The translations under genes were made by a program, and so were the position numbers. A DNA stretch of 64,000 nt from an uncultured Nitrospinota bacterium (GTDB taxonomy: Bacteria > Tectomicrobia > Entotheonellia > J063 > CAVPRW01), in NCBI GenBank assembly GCA_963707985.1, contig CAVPRW010000017.1, forward strand, positions 1 to 64,000. Direction: 5' to 3'. Position 1 is the first letter of the stretch. Each line of letters opens with the position of its first letter. The notes under the pieces were generated by a model. That model did not search any database and was not told the DNA's origin. It was given only the letters and a program-made list of their open reading frames with translations. Shown here piece by piece: positions 10,928 through 21,881 of the stretch.

Positions 10928-12104
10928 TTAAATATTTTTTCTCAGAAACTCGTGATATTCTGCAAGCTTGGAGAGCACAAAGGCGGCGCGGGGAAGTCCC
11001 TCGTAAACCGGTATGCCGGCCTTCAGCAATATCTGCTCGAAATTGACGCGCATCTCGACGTTTTCCGGCGTATACTGTCTCCATACGACCACGAGGGGCT
11101 TTTCATGTAAGTGTTCCCTTGCCGGACCGGCAAGGTAGTTGGCTATATTTGCCAGATGATTTTCTTCGCCCATTCCGGAAAACCAGTCCAGGTGAAGCGA
11201 AATGATGAACATGTCGATAAACCCGGATGTCGACAGGAAGGTCTAAAGTACGCCCTAAGAGTTTCAGTTCGATAAATGCCAAATGGTTGTCGATCGGATT
11301 GCGGATCATCGTCCCGCGGGTGGTGTGAACTTCACGAAGCGTCTTCCGTATTTCTTCCGGAAATGGCGGCAATTCCAAGCCATCACGGGCGCAGCTGTCC
11401 GCCGCTGCGACTCCACACCGCCTCCGGTGCCGACAACGGCCACCCGGCGGCCCTCCGATGCGCCGAGATTCAAAAACGCAAAAGCCGCATCGGCCAACTG
11501 ATCTAAAGAATCCATCCTTAATGCGCCGCTCTGCTTGAAGAACGCATTCCATATCTTTTGACCGCCGGCCATCGACCCGGTGTGAGAGGCAACCGCCCTC
11601 GCCCCCGAATCCGTCAAACCGCCCTTCAGGATAAGCACGGGCTTTGTTCGGCTGATCTGTCGCACCAGATTAAGCAGCCTCCTTCCATCCTTCACTCCTT
11701 CCAGGTACATCGCGATTATCCTTGTATCTTCATCATCGGCCAGATACCGAGAAAATCCGTGCTGTCCAGCGTCAGTGCATTTCCGAAACTGACGGCTTTG
11801 CTGAAATGCAAGCCGAACCTCTGATCGGCGAAACGGGTGAGAAATCTTCGGCATGCCCGCCGCTCTGACTTATAAGTGCGCAGGGGTCCGCTCTCTTTTG
11901 CAGCTCCTCCCCACGTTAAAAGTCGGGATTTCGGCACATAGACCCCCATGCAGTTGGGACCAATAACCCGCAGGTCTCCATCGCGGGCTATTTGCTCGAT
12001 CTCCGCCTGAAGCCTCAGGCCTTCCTCTTCGCCTGTCTCCTTGAAACCGGCAGTAAATATATGGACATTCTTGCTGCCGGAGGCAACGCAGTCTCTGAGG
12101 GCAT
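10928..12104 (-). CDS. Acetate/acyl-CoA ligase (NDP-forming) CoA-binding family; N-terminally truncated, frameshifted
   Basis: HIFTAGFKETG, RVIGPNCMG, SFGNAL, MYLEGVKDG, KGGLTDSGARAVASHTGSMAG, GGGV. The start of the CoA-binding domain is missing. Confidence 0.85.
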
Positions 12105-12833
12105 GCCACCAGGCCATGAGTATGGGGGATACTGCGTGAGGCTGGCGCCCTGGTTGGCGGCAACCACGTAGGCGATGTTTTCGAGCGCCCGGCACCGGTT
12201 CACCACCGTCCACCAGTTCATTGGCTCGGTAGCGCCCCATGGGTCCATGTAGGCCGAGACGCGAATCAAGACCTCCGCGCCGTTGGCGGCGAGTTGGCGC
12301 AGCGCTTCCGGAAACAGCCAATCGTAACAGATCGCACACCCGAGACGACCAATCGGTGTGTCCGCGACTGGAAACATTGGTTCCTCGTAGCCCTCGAGGT
12401 CGTGAGGGCTGGCGTGGACTTCATACGGAATCCAGGTGTTCACTTTCCGATACTTGTAGAGTATGCCCTCGGGACCAATCAGGCACGTCGTGTTGAATAC
12501 CATTCCAGGCCACTGGGAGTCCTCTTCGAGCATTGTCCCCGTCTGAATGTAGATGCCGTACTCGCATGCCTTCGCTGCCAGCCGCTCTGTGTGCTCGTTC
12601 GGAATGGGGATGGCGAGCTTGTCGAGCAACTCTTCCACGGTTGGAAATACTGGCGCAGCGTGGGCGAACTCGGGAAACACCACGAGGCGCACCGGCAGGA
12701 AGGGCGCACTGCCCGCCAGCGCGGAGTCGATCATCGACAGCATTCGGTTGGTATTGGCGCACATGTCGCGCCGCGACCGTGGGTTCTGCATGGCCGTCTG
12801 GCATGCGGCTGCGGCATATCGAATCACGTCCAT
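12105..12833 (-). CDS. Nitrilase-related carbon-nitrogen hydrolase; C-terminally truncated
   Basis: Catalytic triad motifs VFPEF, YKYRK and AICYD. Homology stops at YSWPGG. Confidence 0.88.
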
Positions 12834-13030
12834 GTCTGTTTCCTTTGTGGATTGTGGATTAGGTATGCGAGTCGACCAACGTCAGACTGAGTTTGGCCCC
12901 TGTGCAGGGGAGGACCGCAAGAAAGATGACCATACACCAGAGCTTGAGACCGCAGACACCAAAGTTGTGGGCGACCCGGAGATACTATTTTTCAGGGCTG
13001 TGTTTTCAATCATATCATCCCGCGTTTCCA

Positions 13031-14063
13031 CTACTCTCGACTCTGTGAGTGCGTAGGACTATCGCCGATACTCACCTGCACCGTTATCTCCCCAGACGTC
13101 TCAAATTCCAACGTCAGCGGCAAGCTTTGGCCTGACGTAAAATCCTGTTTCTTGCCCATGCACATGATGTGGAGGCCTCCGGCTTTGAGTTCCACCAGGC
13201 CCATGCGGCGGAATCTCGATAAAACCTCCCTGAACCGGCCGCATGCCCATGACCCCCTGTGGTGTCTGATATCCCTCGTACAGCATGACCATGCCACAGG
13301 CCGGAGAGTGCCCGCCGATGAGTTTGTCGGTCGTGTTGCCCATGTTGCGAATAGCCATGTAGAAGTCACTGTCAGTAACCATGCTTGGCAAAGATCGTCC
13401 CCAGGCATTTTCCACCTGGATCTGCGGCCCGTCAGATGCAGGCGCAGCATCATGCAGCAGCGCGGCCAAGTCATCAGCCATAGCCGGTGCAGGCGTGCCG
13501 AATGGGAAAAGGAACCGCACAAGACCCTTTTGGTCAACTACGATCACCATACTGGTATGATCCACCAAGTAGCTGTCGGCCGTCGCCCCTGCATATTTCT
13601 TGTAGTAAATGCCATAGGAGGCTGCAGCCGTGGCAATCGCCTCTGGCGTCCCGGTTAATCCCAGGAACGCGGCATTGAAATGCGCCAGATATGCTGCCAT
13701 GCGGTCCGGCGTATCCCGCTCCGGGTCCACCGAGATCATGAGGACTTGTACCTTCTCTGCCTCTTTCGGTCCTAGAGTTTGCAAGGCTTGCGCGATCTCG
13801 GCCAGGGTCGTCGGGCATATGCCTGGGCAATACGTGTATCCGAAATAGAGCATGACGAGTTTGCCTTGAAAGTCACCGAGACTGACGGGCTTGCCGGTAT
13901 GGCCGGTCAGCGTAAAGTCGGCCGCGCGTGGCTTCGACTGGCTGATGATGCCATGAAAGACGTGAGGCCGTACGTCTGCGAACCCTTGCAAGCCTCCGCC
14001 CAACAACATCGACATAATGCAAATGAAGGCGAGTTGCGTCATCACCGAAGTCAACAAAGCCAT
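13031..14063 (-). CDS. SCO (Sco1/SenC) plus PCu(A)C copper chaperone fusion; one frameshift near 13190
   Basis: FGYTYCPGICP (CxxxC), ISVDPERDT, YLVDHT; then VENAWGR..VMGMR..GGLHIM..LPLTLEFE. AGGAGG RBS before ATG 14063. Confidence 0.9.
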
Positions 14064-14454
14064 GCCCCTCCTATTTTTTAGGGTGATCTGTACCGGTTCG
14101 ACATTTTGATACAGCTTCCATCTACCCACATCTCGTGAGGGCAAGGACGGGGGATGATACCGGCGCTCAAGAGAGAGCTGCACAGGCTCTTCAAGATGAC
14201 CCGGAGCTCGGCATACGTACCCCCTTGGGTAGATTACTCAGAGCAAACTTCAGGACCTCAGGATTTTGATTAAAGAAATTTGGCTCCGCTGCGACGTCAG
14301 GGGCCAGAAACCGGTTGGACTGGGAGGCGTCTAGCCGCAGCCCTGAGGACATGACATCTGTTCAGGCTAATGCATTTTTCCCCCTCTTGGTATTGCCCCG
14401 GCAACCCACAGACGATTGTGACGAGGGATGCACGAAGAGTCTGCTGACAATGTC

Positions 14455-15323
<869 letters not shown>

Positions 15324-15327
<4 letters not shown>

Positions 15328-17123
15328 GCTGGCTCCTTTACCTGATGAATGTGGCCAATCTGAGGCGCTGTGAGCGTCTGGACTTGCCCCGACGGCCAAC
15401 GAATCACCACCTTCTCGATGTGGGCTTCTTTCCCCAGACCGAAATGCACAGCGGCGCTGATTCTGCGCCCCGAAACCGCTGCCACCCGACACCTCTTGCA
15501 CTTGCTCTTGCCCATTCCAGAACAGCCGCACCTGCGCGCCAATGGCGCTGCGGTTGCTGACGCTGCCTTCCAGGTCAAAGGCGATCCACGATGGTCCGAC
15601 ACGACGGTGTTCTTGTACAGCAACAACGGCCCTTTTTGATTGACCACCACGACATCCAGCACGCCACGATTCCACAGATCGGCGAGCGCCACGGCACGGC
15701 CGTCGTAGGTGTCGGTGACTCCCACCGCCTGCGCCACATCAAAGAATTGCCCGGTGCCATCGTTGATCCACACGCGTTTCTGTTGATAGCCCGACAGACT
15801 GCGGCCTTCCATCGGCGGCCAGTTCTGCGCATCGGAGATGATCGTGGTGTTGCCGCCTGCAATTTTCGAAAAATCGTACCAGTAGCTCTGGTCTCGATCC
15901 GCTGAGATAAATCCGTTGGTCAGATAGAGGTCGAGGGAGCCATCGTTGTTCAGGTCGCCGAATTGTGCCCCAAAACTCCAGCCGCCGAGCTCGACGCCCA
16001 TTTCGCGCGCGAGATTTTCATACTGGAGTTGTTCTCCCGAAGTCCCGGCTTTCGGCACCCAGAGGTTGTTACCTTGCAGGAGAATGCCCTCTTCAGAGAT
16101 GTTCGTGACATAGATGGCAAACTGGCCCTGATTGAAAATGTCACCGACCGCCGCGTTCATGCCGCTCTTGGGCGCAAACCCAACGCCCGATTGTTTGCCC
16201 ACTTCGCGGAAATCGTACACCGCCGTCGTTGAAATACAGCTCTGAGACGCCGTAATCGTTGGCAATGAATAGGTCGGGATACCCGGTTCCGCGCAGATCA
16301 GCCGCCGTCGCCGCCAAGGCCCAGCGGCGGCTAGTGATGCCCAGTTTCTCTGTCACATCTTCAAATCTGCCATCACCACGGTTGCGCAGCAGGTACTTCC
16401 GTCCGCCGTTCTGGGCATACTCGAAGCTGTCCGGCATGATCCTGGTGGTCTCGAGTTTCCACAGGTTGACGTGCTCCGCATAATAGCCGCCGATGAACAA
16501 ATCCAACCGCCCATCGCGGTCATAATCCAGCCAGATCGCCGTGTTGGCATTGATCCAGCTCGGTAGCCCGGCATGCTCGCGTCACGCGCACAAATCGGCG
16601 CCCCTGCTCGTTGTGGAACAGTTCAGGACGGCCCCACTTATACAGGAAGAGGTCTTCGTACCCATCGTTATCGTAATCACCCCAGACCGCGCCCATGGAC
16701 ACGCCTGTGCCGACCTGATTGACATCCGCCACGCCCATGGCAGCCGCCACGTCCTCGAAGGTCCCATCGCCCAGATTGCGGTAGAGGCGGTTGCGACTGC
16801 CCTCACCACTGTTCGCGACGTAGATGTCCTGCCAGCCATCGCGATCCACATCGACAATGGAAACCGCGGCGCCCATCGACGCGACCATCGGCATAATAGG
16901 CGCGAGTTGGGGATCGAGGCTAGGCAGCTTGATGCGTAAACTCCATGCCAGCGGCCTTGGCGACCTCCTGGAAACAGAACCCATAGCGTGCCATCACCGC
17001 GTCACGAGGGGCGTCGACGGCGATGGGCGTGTGGCGTGCGGATACCCGCTTGAGCACGACGGGTGTGGCCATCAGTCCCACAAACAAAATACCCAGCATG
17101 ACGCCTAGGATGCGCCTGTTCAT
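15324..17123 (-). CDS. FG-GAP repeat plus ASPIC/UnbV (CRTAC1-like) protein with N-terminal signal; about 4 frameshifts
   Basis: DVDRDGWQDIY, DYDNDGYEDLF, DLNNDGSLDLY; C-terminal SNRSAIGA..GGSGF..HFGLG..IRWPSG. Confidence 0.9.
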
Positions 17124-17319
17124 GCGTGCCTCCTTAGCCGCTACGCCATTTGGCAGGGCTCAGATCGGTATGTGTCACAGGAGCCTTCTGGATCGCTGTG
17201 CAACGGCACCATAAGGCTTATCTCCTGACACATTGCTCGATGGACTAATGCTGCAGATGCGACTTCGAATCCTGTTCCACAATCACGTACTCAACCCATG
17301 TCTGTACGATACCGCTGCC

Positions 17320-17889
17320 TTACTGCTCTCTCATCCCCTGGTTGCGGTTTCGCCTGTAAAGAATCATCTGCAACCCGAGCAATCCAACCGCGAGGAATGG
17401 GAAGAGGTAGAGGAGCACATCCCACTGACCCAACCCCGGCGGAATTGCCTCAACATCAACTGTCGCCTCCCCGTTACCGTCCGAGCTCTGCACGATGATG
17501 CGCACCCGCCACAGCTCCTGAGCATCGAAGGGCACTTCGGCCTGATACTGGACATACCTACGCAGCAGCTGACGTTGGGCCAGATAGCGGACTTCAGCCA
17601 GTCGGTTGCTGAGCGGTCGGATCCCCACATACACCGTGACATCGCTCGAAATTTCGCCACCTGGAGGCGGCTCCAGCCTGATAAAAAAGGTCCCCCTCCC
17701 AAGGTCCGGGTGCCCCCAGACTGAGGCCAGATATGGGCCGATCATGCGATCAACCAGTATCGGTGTCGGTGGTCCTGGATGGGCGCTCGCCAGCGCCAGC
17801 CAGCAAAACAACAGTGCCGTCCCTGACACGAGGCCCTTGAGCCACGACGATCGAGCACAGAGCTGAGCCCATCTCATCGGTCCGGCCAT
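17320..17889 (-). CDS. Secreted, C-terminally membrane-anchored hypothetical protein with predicted mature N-terminal His
   Basis: Signal ..LLFCWLALASA|HPGPP, beta-rich core, C-terminal TM (VLLYLFPFLAVGLLGL) followed by RRNR. Confidence 0.7.
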   Translation of the reverse strand: MAGPMRWAQLCARSSWLKGLVSGTALLFCWLALASAHPGPPTPILVDRMIGPYLASVWGHPDLGRGTFFIRLEPPPGGEISSDVTVYVGIRPLSNRLAEVRYLAQRQLLRRYVQYQAEVPFDAQELWRVRIIVQSSDGNGEATVDVEAIPPGLGQWDVLLYLFPFLAVGLLGLQMILYRRNRNQGMREQ

Positions 17890-17902
17890 GATGGACCTCG
17901 CT

Positions 17903-18502
17903 TCAGACGGAATAGTTTTCAAGCGCTGCCCTATGCCAGGCGCACGTACACCCAAAGTTGGGTTGCTCGCCCTTCGGCGGGAACATGTGAAAGTACATGG
18001 CCAGGACCATTGGGATGAAGACAACCGTGTTGTAAAATAGATGAAGCTCGACACGAGGTACCCACAGTTGTACGATGCTCAAGGGCACAGGTGAGCCCAG
18101 CAGATTGTGTCCAATAATCGCCTGGGTCTGGAGTAGCGCATGCTCAATGTGGTGCCAGAACTGAATTCCGAATGCGACCATCCACCAGGTGTAAGACACC
18201 CCCTGGAACCCTCTGCGGAAGATCCACAAGCCAATGATCATGATCAACGCATAGAGATAATGCAGCAGCTCTGACTTGACCAGCCACGGAAACCATAAAC
18301 CGAGGACGCCCCTGGAGGCGGGAATCGGCCAGTGGAGGAAATAGACCTGGACAGCCTGTGCCAGGTGCTCGGCCCAATGCGCCAAAACAATCACCATGAA
18401 GACCTGCAGGCCCACTTTATGCCACTGATGGTTGAGCTTATCGAGGAAACTGGACGTCGCAGCCCAAGATAGCTGGCTGCTCTGTAGCGTGATATCCGTC
18501 AT
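17903..18502 (-). CDS. His-rich integral membrane protein with internal duplication (possibly DUF6008-like)
   Basis: About 4 TM helices; AHWAEH / ELLHY repeated as WHHIEH / ELHLFYN; GAGGAG RBS. Confidence 0.75.
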   Translation of the reverse strand: MTDITLQSSQLSWAATSSFLDKLNHQWHKVGLQVFMVIVLAHWAEHLAQAVQVYFLHWPIPASRGVLGLWFPWLVKSELLHYLYALIMIIGLWIFRRGFQGVSYTWWMVAFGIQFWHHIEHALLQTQAIIGHNLLGSPVPLSIVQLWVPRVELHLFYNTVVFIPMVLAMYFHMFPPKGEQPNFGCTCAWHRAALENYSV

Positions 18503-18626
18503 CGTTTCTCCTCCTCATGCTAGGTGTCGGATCCTCACCTGAAGTGCATGCCTGAGTTTTTCCTTGGCTGGCACCACGAGGCTCTCAGCGACAGCGAAGC
18601 TCCCTTCTCAAGGGCTCTGTTTCATG

Positions 18627-21600
18627 CTATCTTCCCCGCATGCCAGACGAAGACGCAGTCGCAACCTCTGCTGCCCCTTCGTACAGCGCGCGAATCAGCC
18701 GTAGGGCGGGGCGGGTATTGTAAAACTCTCGGTAGCGGGTGTGCACCCCGTCGGAAGGATATGCGTAGGGTGCTGCGTACGGATACTGCGGCATGCCATG
18801 GAAGGGGAGAGGCTCCACCGTCTGCGAAAACGCCGTATTGGCGTCTCCGTCTTTGGCCCATCCGTCCACGAACAGCAGAAAGTCGCGTTTCCACCCTGTC
18901 GCAAGCTCTGGGAGGCGTGTGGCGTCGAACCTCAGCTGCAACTCGTCCCCCGACCCCATGATCACCAGGAGGTTGTCAACGGCTTCCAGAAGCGGCCTCA
19001 CGTCTCCGTAACGGGTATAAAGGCCTGGGGTCGGATTCCAGTTCCACCGGTGCAGCGGCCGCACGTGCTCGTAGACAAAGCGCTCGGGCTGTTTCCGCTC
19101 TGGGTGGATGACCACCTCCGAAAACCCTCTGAAGTGTAGCTTGGCCGACTCCGCACGTATATCTGTACGCCACATGGACGGCGTCCCCGGGTCTGTGCCC
19201 AGAAAAATCTCGTCCCAGTACACGCACAGATTCGTAACGATGCGAATCTCCCGTGACTTGGAAAGAAATTTCCCGGTCAGATCCACCACAATGGTCTTCG
19301 GCTTCCCGGCGGGAATACCCATATCCTCAATGACGGTCGCCCACTCGCCCTGCTCGTTCTTGACTTGCAAGTACGGTAGAATCAGGCCCGCCGCATTCTG
19401 CTGCGACATCCCCAGAAACGTGCTGCCGTCAGCCCAGTCCACCCATCCGCTCAGCACCAAGATCGCTCGGTTATCCGGGGACGCCTCCCCGAAGTCCAGT
19501 TGCAAGTGGTGCAACTCGGCAACCCCTGCGTAGTCTCGGGAAAACCCGTCCGGATAGGTTCGATCGCGCTTCTGAAGACGAGCGAGGACGTCACGACCAA
19601 GGTGATCTTGAGCTTTCGTCGGATATACTCGCTCCCTCACCCCGAACAGACGAAACTCAGGAAACGGCGGTCCCTTAAACTTGTCGTTGGTGAACACTTC
19701 GACCTCAGCCGGGTGGTCTACCGCGATCAGCCTGACCGCGTCCAGGTATGCCACCTCCCGCAGTTCTTCGGTGACCCGGATTTCGTACCGGCCGTCGACA
19801 GCCAGCAGCGACGACCCGTCGATCTGCACGTACTCGTCATGATCGACGGGGAAGTATTGTCCATCGCCGGCGCTGGCCCCCAATGGTGCAACACCTAGCA
19901 CGTCGGTGATAAACTCGAAGGCCTGCCCGTTCCAGGTAAAAATCATCGGACATGAGCCAGAAAGCCGCTGTGCCTCCTCGTAAACCGGCGCCTGGTTGAC
20001 AGCCTGCCGCGTTTCATTCTGAATCGTCCCATTGGGCCAGGTAATACGTACCGTGTCCACTGACGTGTAGGCTCCCACCCCAAAGAGCAATGGCACGCCA
20101 TCGTAGATCTGCTTCTGATACCGCCGGCCGGCCTTCACTTCCACCTCCGCGCCCGGGGCCAGCTTGAGATTCTTCACGCCTTTCAAGCCAATGCGCAGCC
20201 CAGTGTTTGCACTGTCGGTCGTGTTCCGCAGCACCCGTAGCGCGCCATCGCTCCCCACCGTCACCAAATCGAGCTTCCAGTCAGCATCGAAATCGGCCGC
20301 CGTCATCGCCGCCGCTACCTCTAGGCCTTTGGGTCGCGTGGCCGCATCGAACGCTCCCCGCCCCCTATTCCGAAACACCGCTCCGCTCGCCACCAACTCG
20401 CTCAGCGTGCGGTTTTCCAGGTCGGCAAACAGAAATGGGGCGCTCGCACCCGCTGGCGCTTTAGCGCTCTGGAAGCCACCTTTGCGGTCGTTCATAAGCA
20501 GGACAAGTTCGGTACCGTCCCCCACGGCCAGGTCGGTCCAGCCGTCGTTGTCCACATCGAAGGCCCGCAGGCCAAGTCCTCCTTGGGGGACCACTTCGAG
20601 CGAGACCGCTTCATATTTGCCGCCCAGGTGGTCCCGGTAGAGCACCCCTGGCCGGTCTGCATAGGCCACTGCCAGGTCCATCCCCTGGGTGTCGGCAATG
20701 ACATCGATGCGCACACCATCGATGGCTGCCCCTGTCACAAACGGAAATGCATGGGTCAGATCAGAAAACCCTGCCTGGCCATTATTACGGACGAGTGCCG
20801 AGGCCTCCCCAAGCAGGATCAGATCCAGGTCGTAATCGTGGTCGAAATCCAGCCACACCGCCTTGCGGTAGCTCCCGACGGGTAGGGTCAGAGCTTGTTT
20901 CTCAAACCTTCCACCCATGTTCTTGTACAGTGCGGCCCCCTGCGAGGTCAGCACACACAGATCTGTCAACCCGTCATTGTCAAAATCTCCTGGCGCAATC
21001 GACACGACCTCCTTGATGTCCTCCATGCCGCTTGGAATCTCTGTCTTGCCCTGTTGATACAGCTTCACGCCTGTGGTAGACCATACCAGCAAGTCTGGCC
21101 TCAAGTCGCCATCGACGTCGAGCACCAGAAGACCAGCTGTGGTGGCATCCAACCCCTGGTCCAGAATCTGCGTTTCAAACCGCACCTCCGCCGCCGCGCT
21201 GCTCCCCTGGGCCTGTTGCGGATCGATCGTCTCATAAATCTCCGCGTAGAAGCTCCACTCCAGGTCCTCCGGCACGGCTGCCCCGGCCTGCTGGTTCTTG
21301 ATGCGGTCGAACGTTTCCTTGGCCTTTTGTGCCTCCTCGAGCCGATTGACCTTCCGATAGGCCGCAGCCAGTTGGTAGTATGGACCGGCCAGATTAGGTG
21401 CAATCTCGGTGGCACGCTCAAAATGCTTCAGGGCTCGTTCAGTCTCATTGTTGCGCCAGTAAAGCTTCCCAAGGTTGTAATGGGTGATCGGCTCGTCCGG
21501 CACCACTCGGAGCATGCCCTCGAGCTGCTCGATCGCCCGGCTTTCTTTCGAGTCCCGCATGTATGCAATGCCCAGGTTAAACCACGTATGCGGGATGGTG

Positions 21601-21881
21601 GGATCCTGCTTCTGCGCCCTCTCTAGCTCGGCGATGCCTTCTGTCTTCTTTCCTGCGCGCAGCAAAGCGAGCCCATAATTCACCCGCTCCTGTGCCGAAT
21701 CTGGCGCCAGGTCGAGCGCCTTCTTGAACGTCTCCACAGCGTCATATTGGGTGGCTCGATTCTCATAGAACGCCTTGCCCAGATTGCGGTAATGCCATAG
21801 CATCTCATCCTGCGCAGTGACAGGTAGGCTCGTCGCGATCAACAGCACTATCAAGAGGGCAAGGTGTGCCACCGACCTCAT
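18627..21881 (-). CDS. Exported TPR + FG-GAP + ASPIC/UnbV protein with a large C-terminal domain of unknown function
   Basis: Signal peptide; TPRs (NYGLALL, WFNLGIAY, HYNLGKLY); DFDNDG repeats; LLFGVG..VRITWPNG; GSCP followed by about 430 aa. Intact 1084-aa ORF. Confidence 0.9.
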   Translation of the reverse strand: MRSVAHLALLIVLLIATSLPVTAQDEMLWHYRNLGKAFYENRATQYDAVETFKKALDLAPDSAQERVNYGLALLRAGKKTEGIAELERAQKQDPTIPHTWFNLGIAYMRDSKESRAIEQLEGMLRVVPDEPITHYNLGKLYWRNNETERALKHFERATEIAPNLAGPYYQLAAAYRKVNRLEEAQKAKETFDRIKNQQAGAAVPEDLEWSFYAEIYETIDPQQAQGSSAAAEVRFETQILDQGLDATTAGLLVLDVDGDLRPDLLVWSTTGVKLYQQGKTEIPSGMEDIKEVVSIAPGDFDNDGLTDLCVLTSQGAALYKNMGGRFEKQALTLPVGSYRKAVWLDFDHDYDLDLILLGEASALVRNNGQAGFSDLTHAFPFVTGAAIDGVRIDVIADTQGMDLAVAYADRPGVLYRDHLGGKYEAVSLEVVPQGGLGLRAFDVDNDGWTDLAVGDGTELVLLMNDRKGGFQSAKAPAGASAPFLFADLENRTLSELVASGAVFRNRGRGAFDAATRPKGLEVAAAMTAADFDADWKLDLVTVGSDGALRVLRNTTDSANTGLRIGLKGVKNLKLAPGAEVEVKAGRRYQKQIYDGVPLLFGVGAYTSVDTVRITWPNGTIQNETRQAVNQAPVYEEAQRLSGSCPMIFTWNGQAFEFITDVLGVAPLGASAGDGQYFPVDHDEYVQIDGSSLLAVDGRYEIRVTEELREVAYLDAVRLIAVDHPAEVEVFTNDKFKGPPFPEFRLFGVRERVYPTKAQDHLGRDVLARLQKRDRTYPDGFSRDYAGVAELHHLQLDFGEASPDNRAILVLSGWVDWADGSTFLGMSQQNAAGLILPYLQVKNEQGEWATVIEDMGIPAGKPKTIVVDLTGKFLSKSREIRIVTNLCVYWDEIFLGTDPGTPSMWRTDIRAESAKLHFRGFSEVVIHPERKQPERFVYEHVRPLHRWNWNPTPGLYTRYGDVRPLLEAVDNLLVIMGSGDELQLRFDATRLPELATGWKRDFLLFVDGWAKDGDANTAFSQTVEPLPFHGMPQYPYAAPYAYPSDGVHTRYREFYNTRPALRLIRALYEGAAEVATASSSGMRGR

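Noticed and set aside
11716..12833. Functional nitrilase-acyl-CoA ligase fusion
   Set aside because: The two parts are out of frame and both are truncated.
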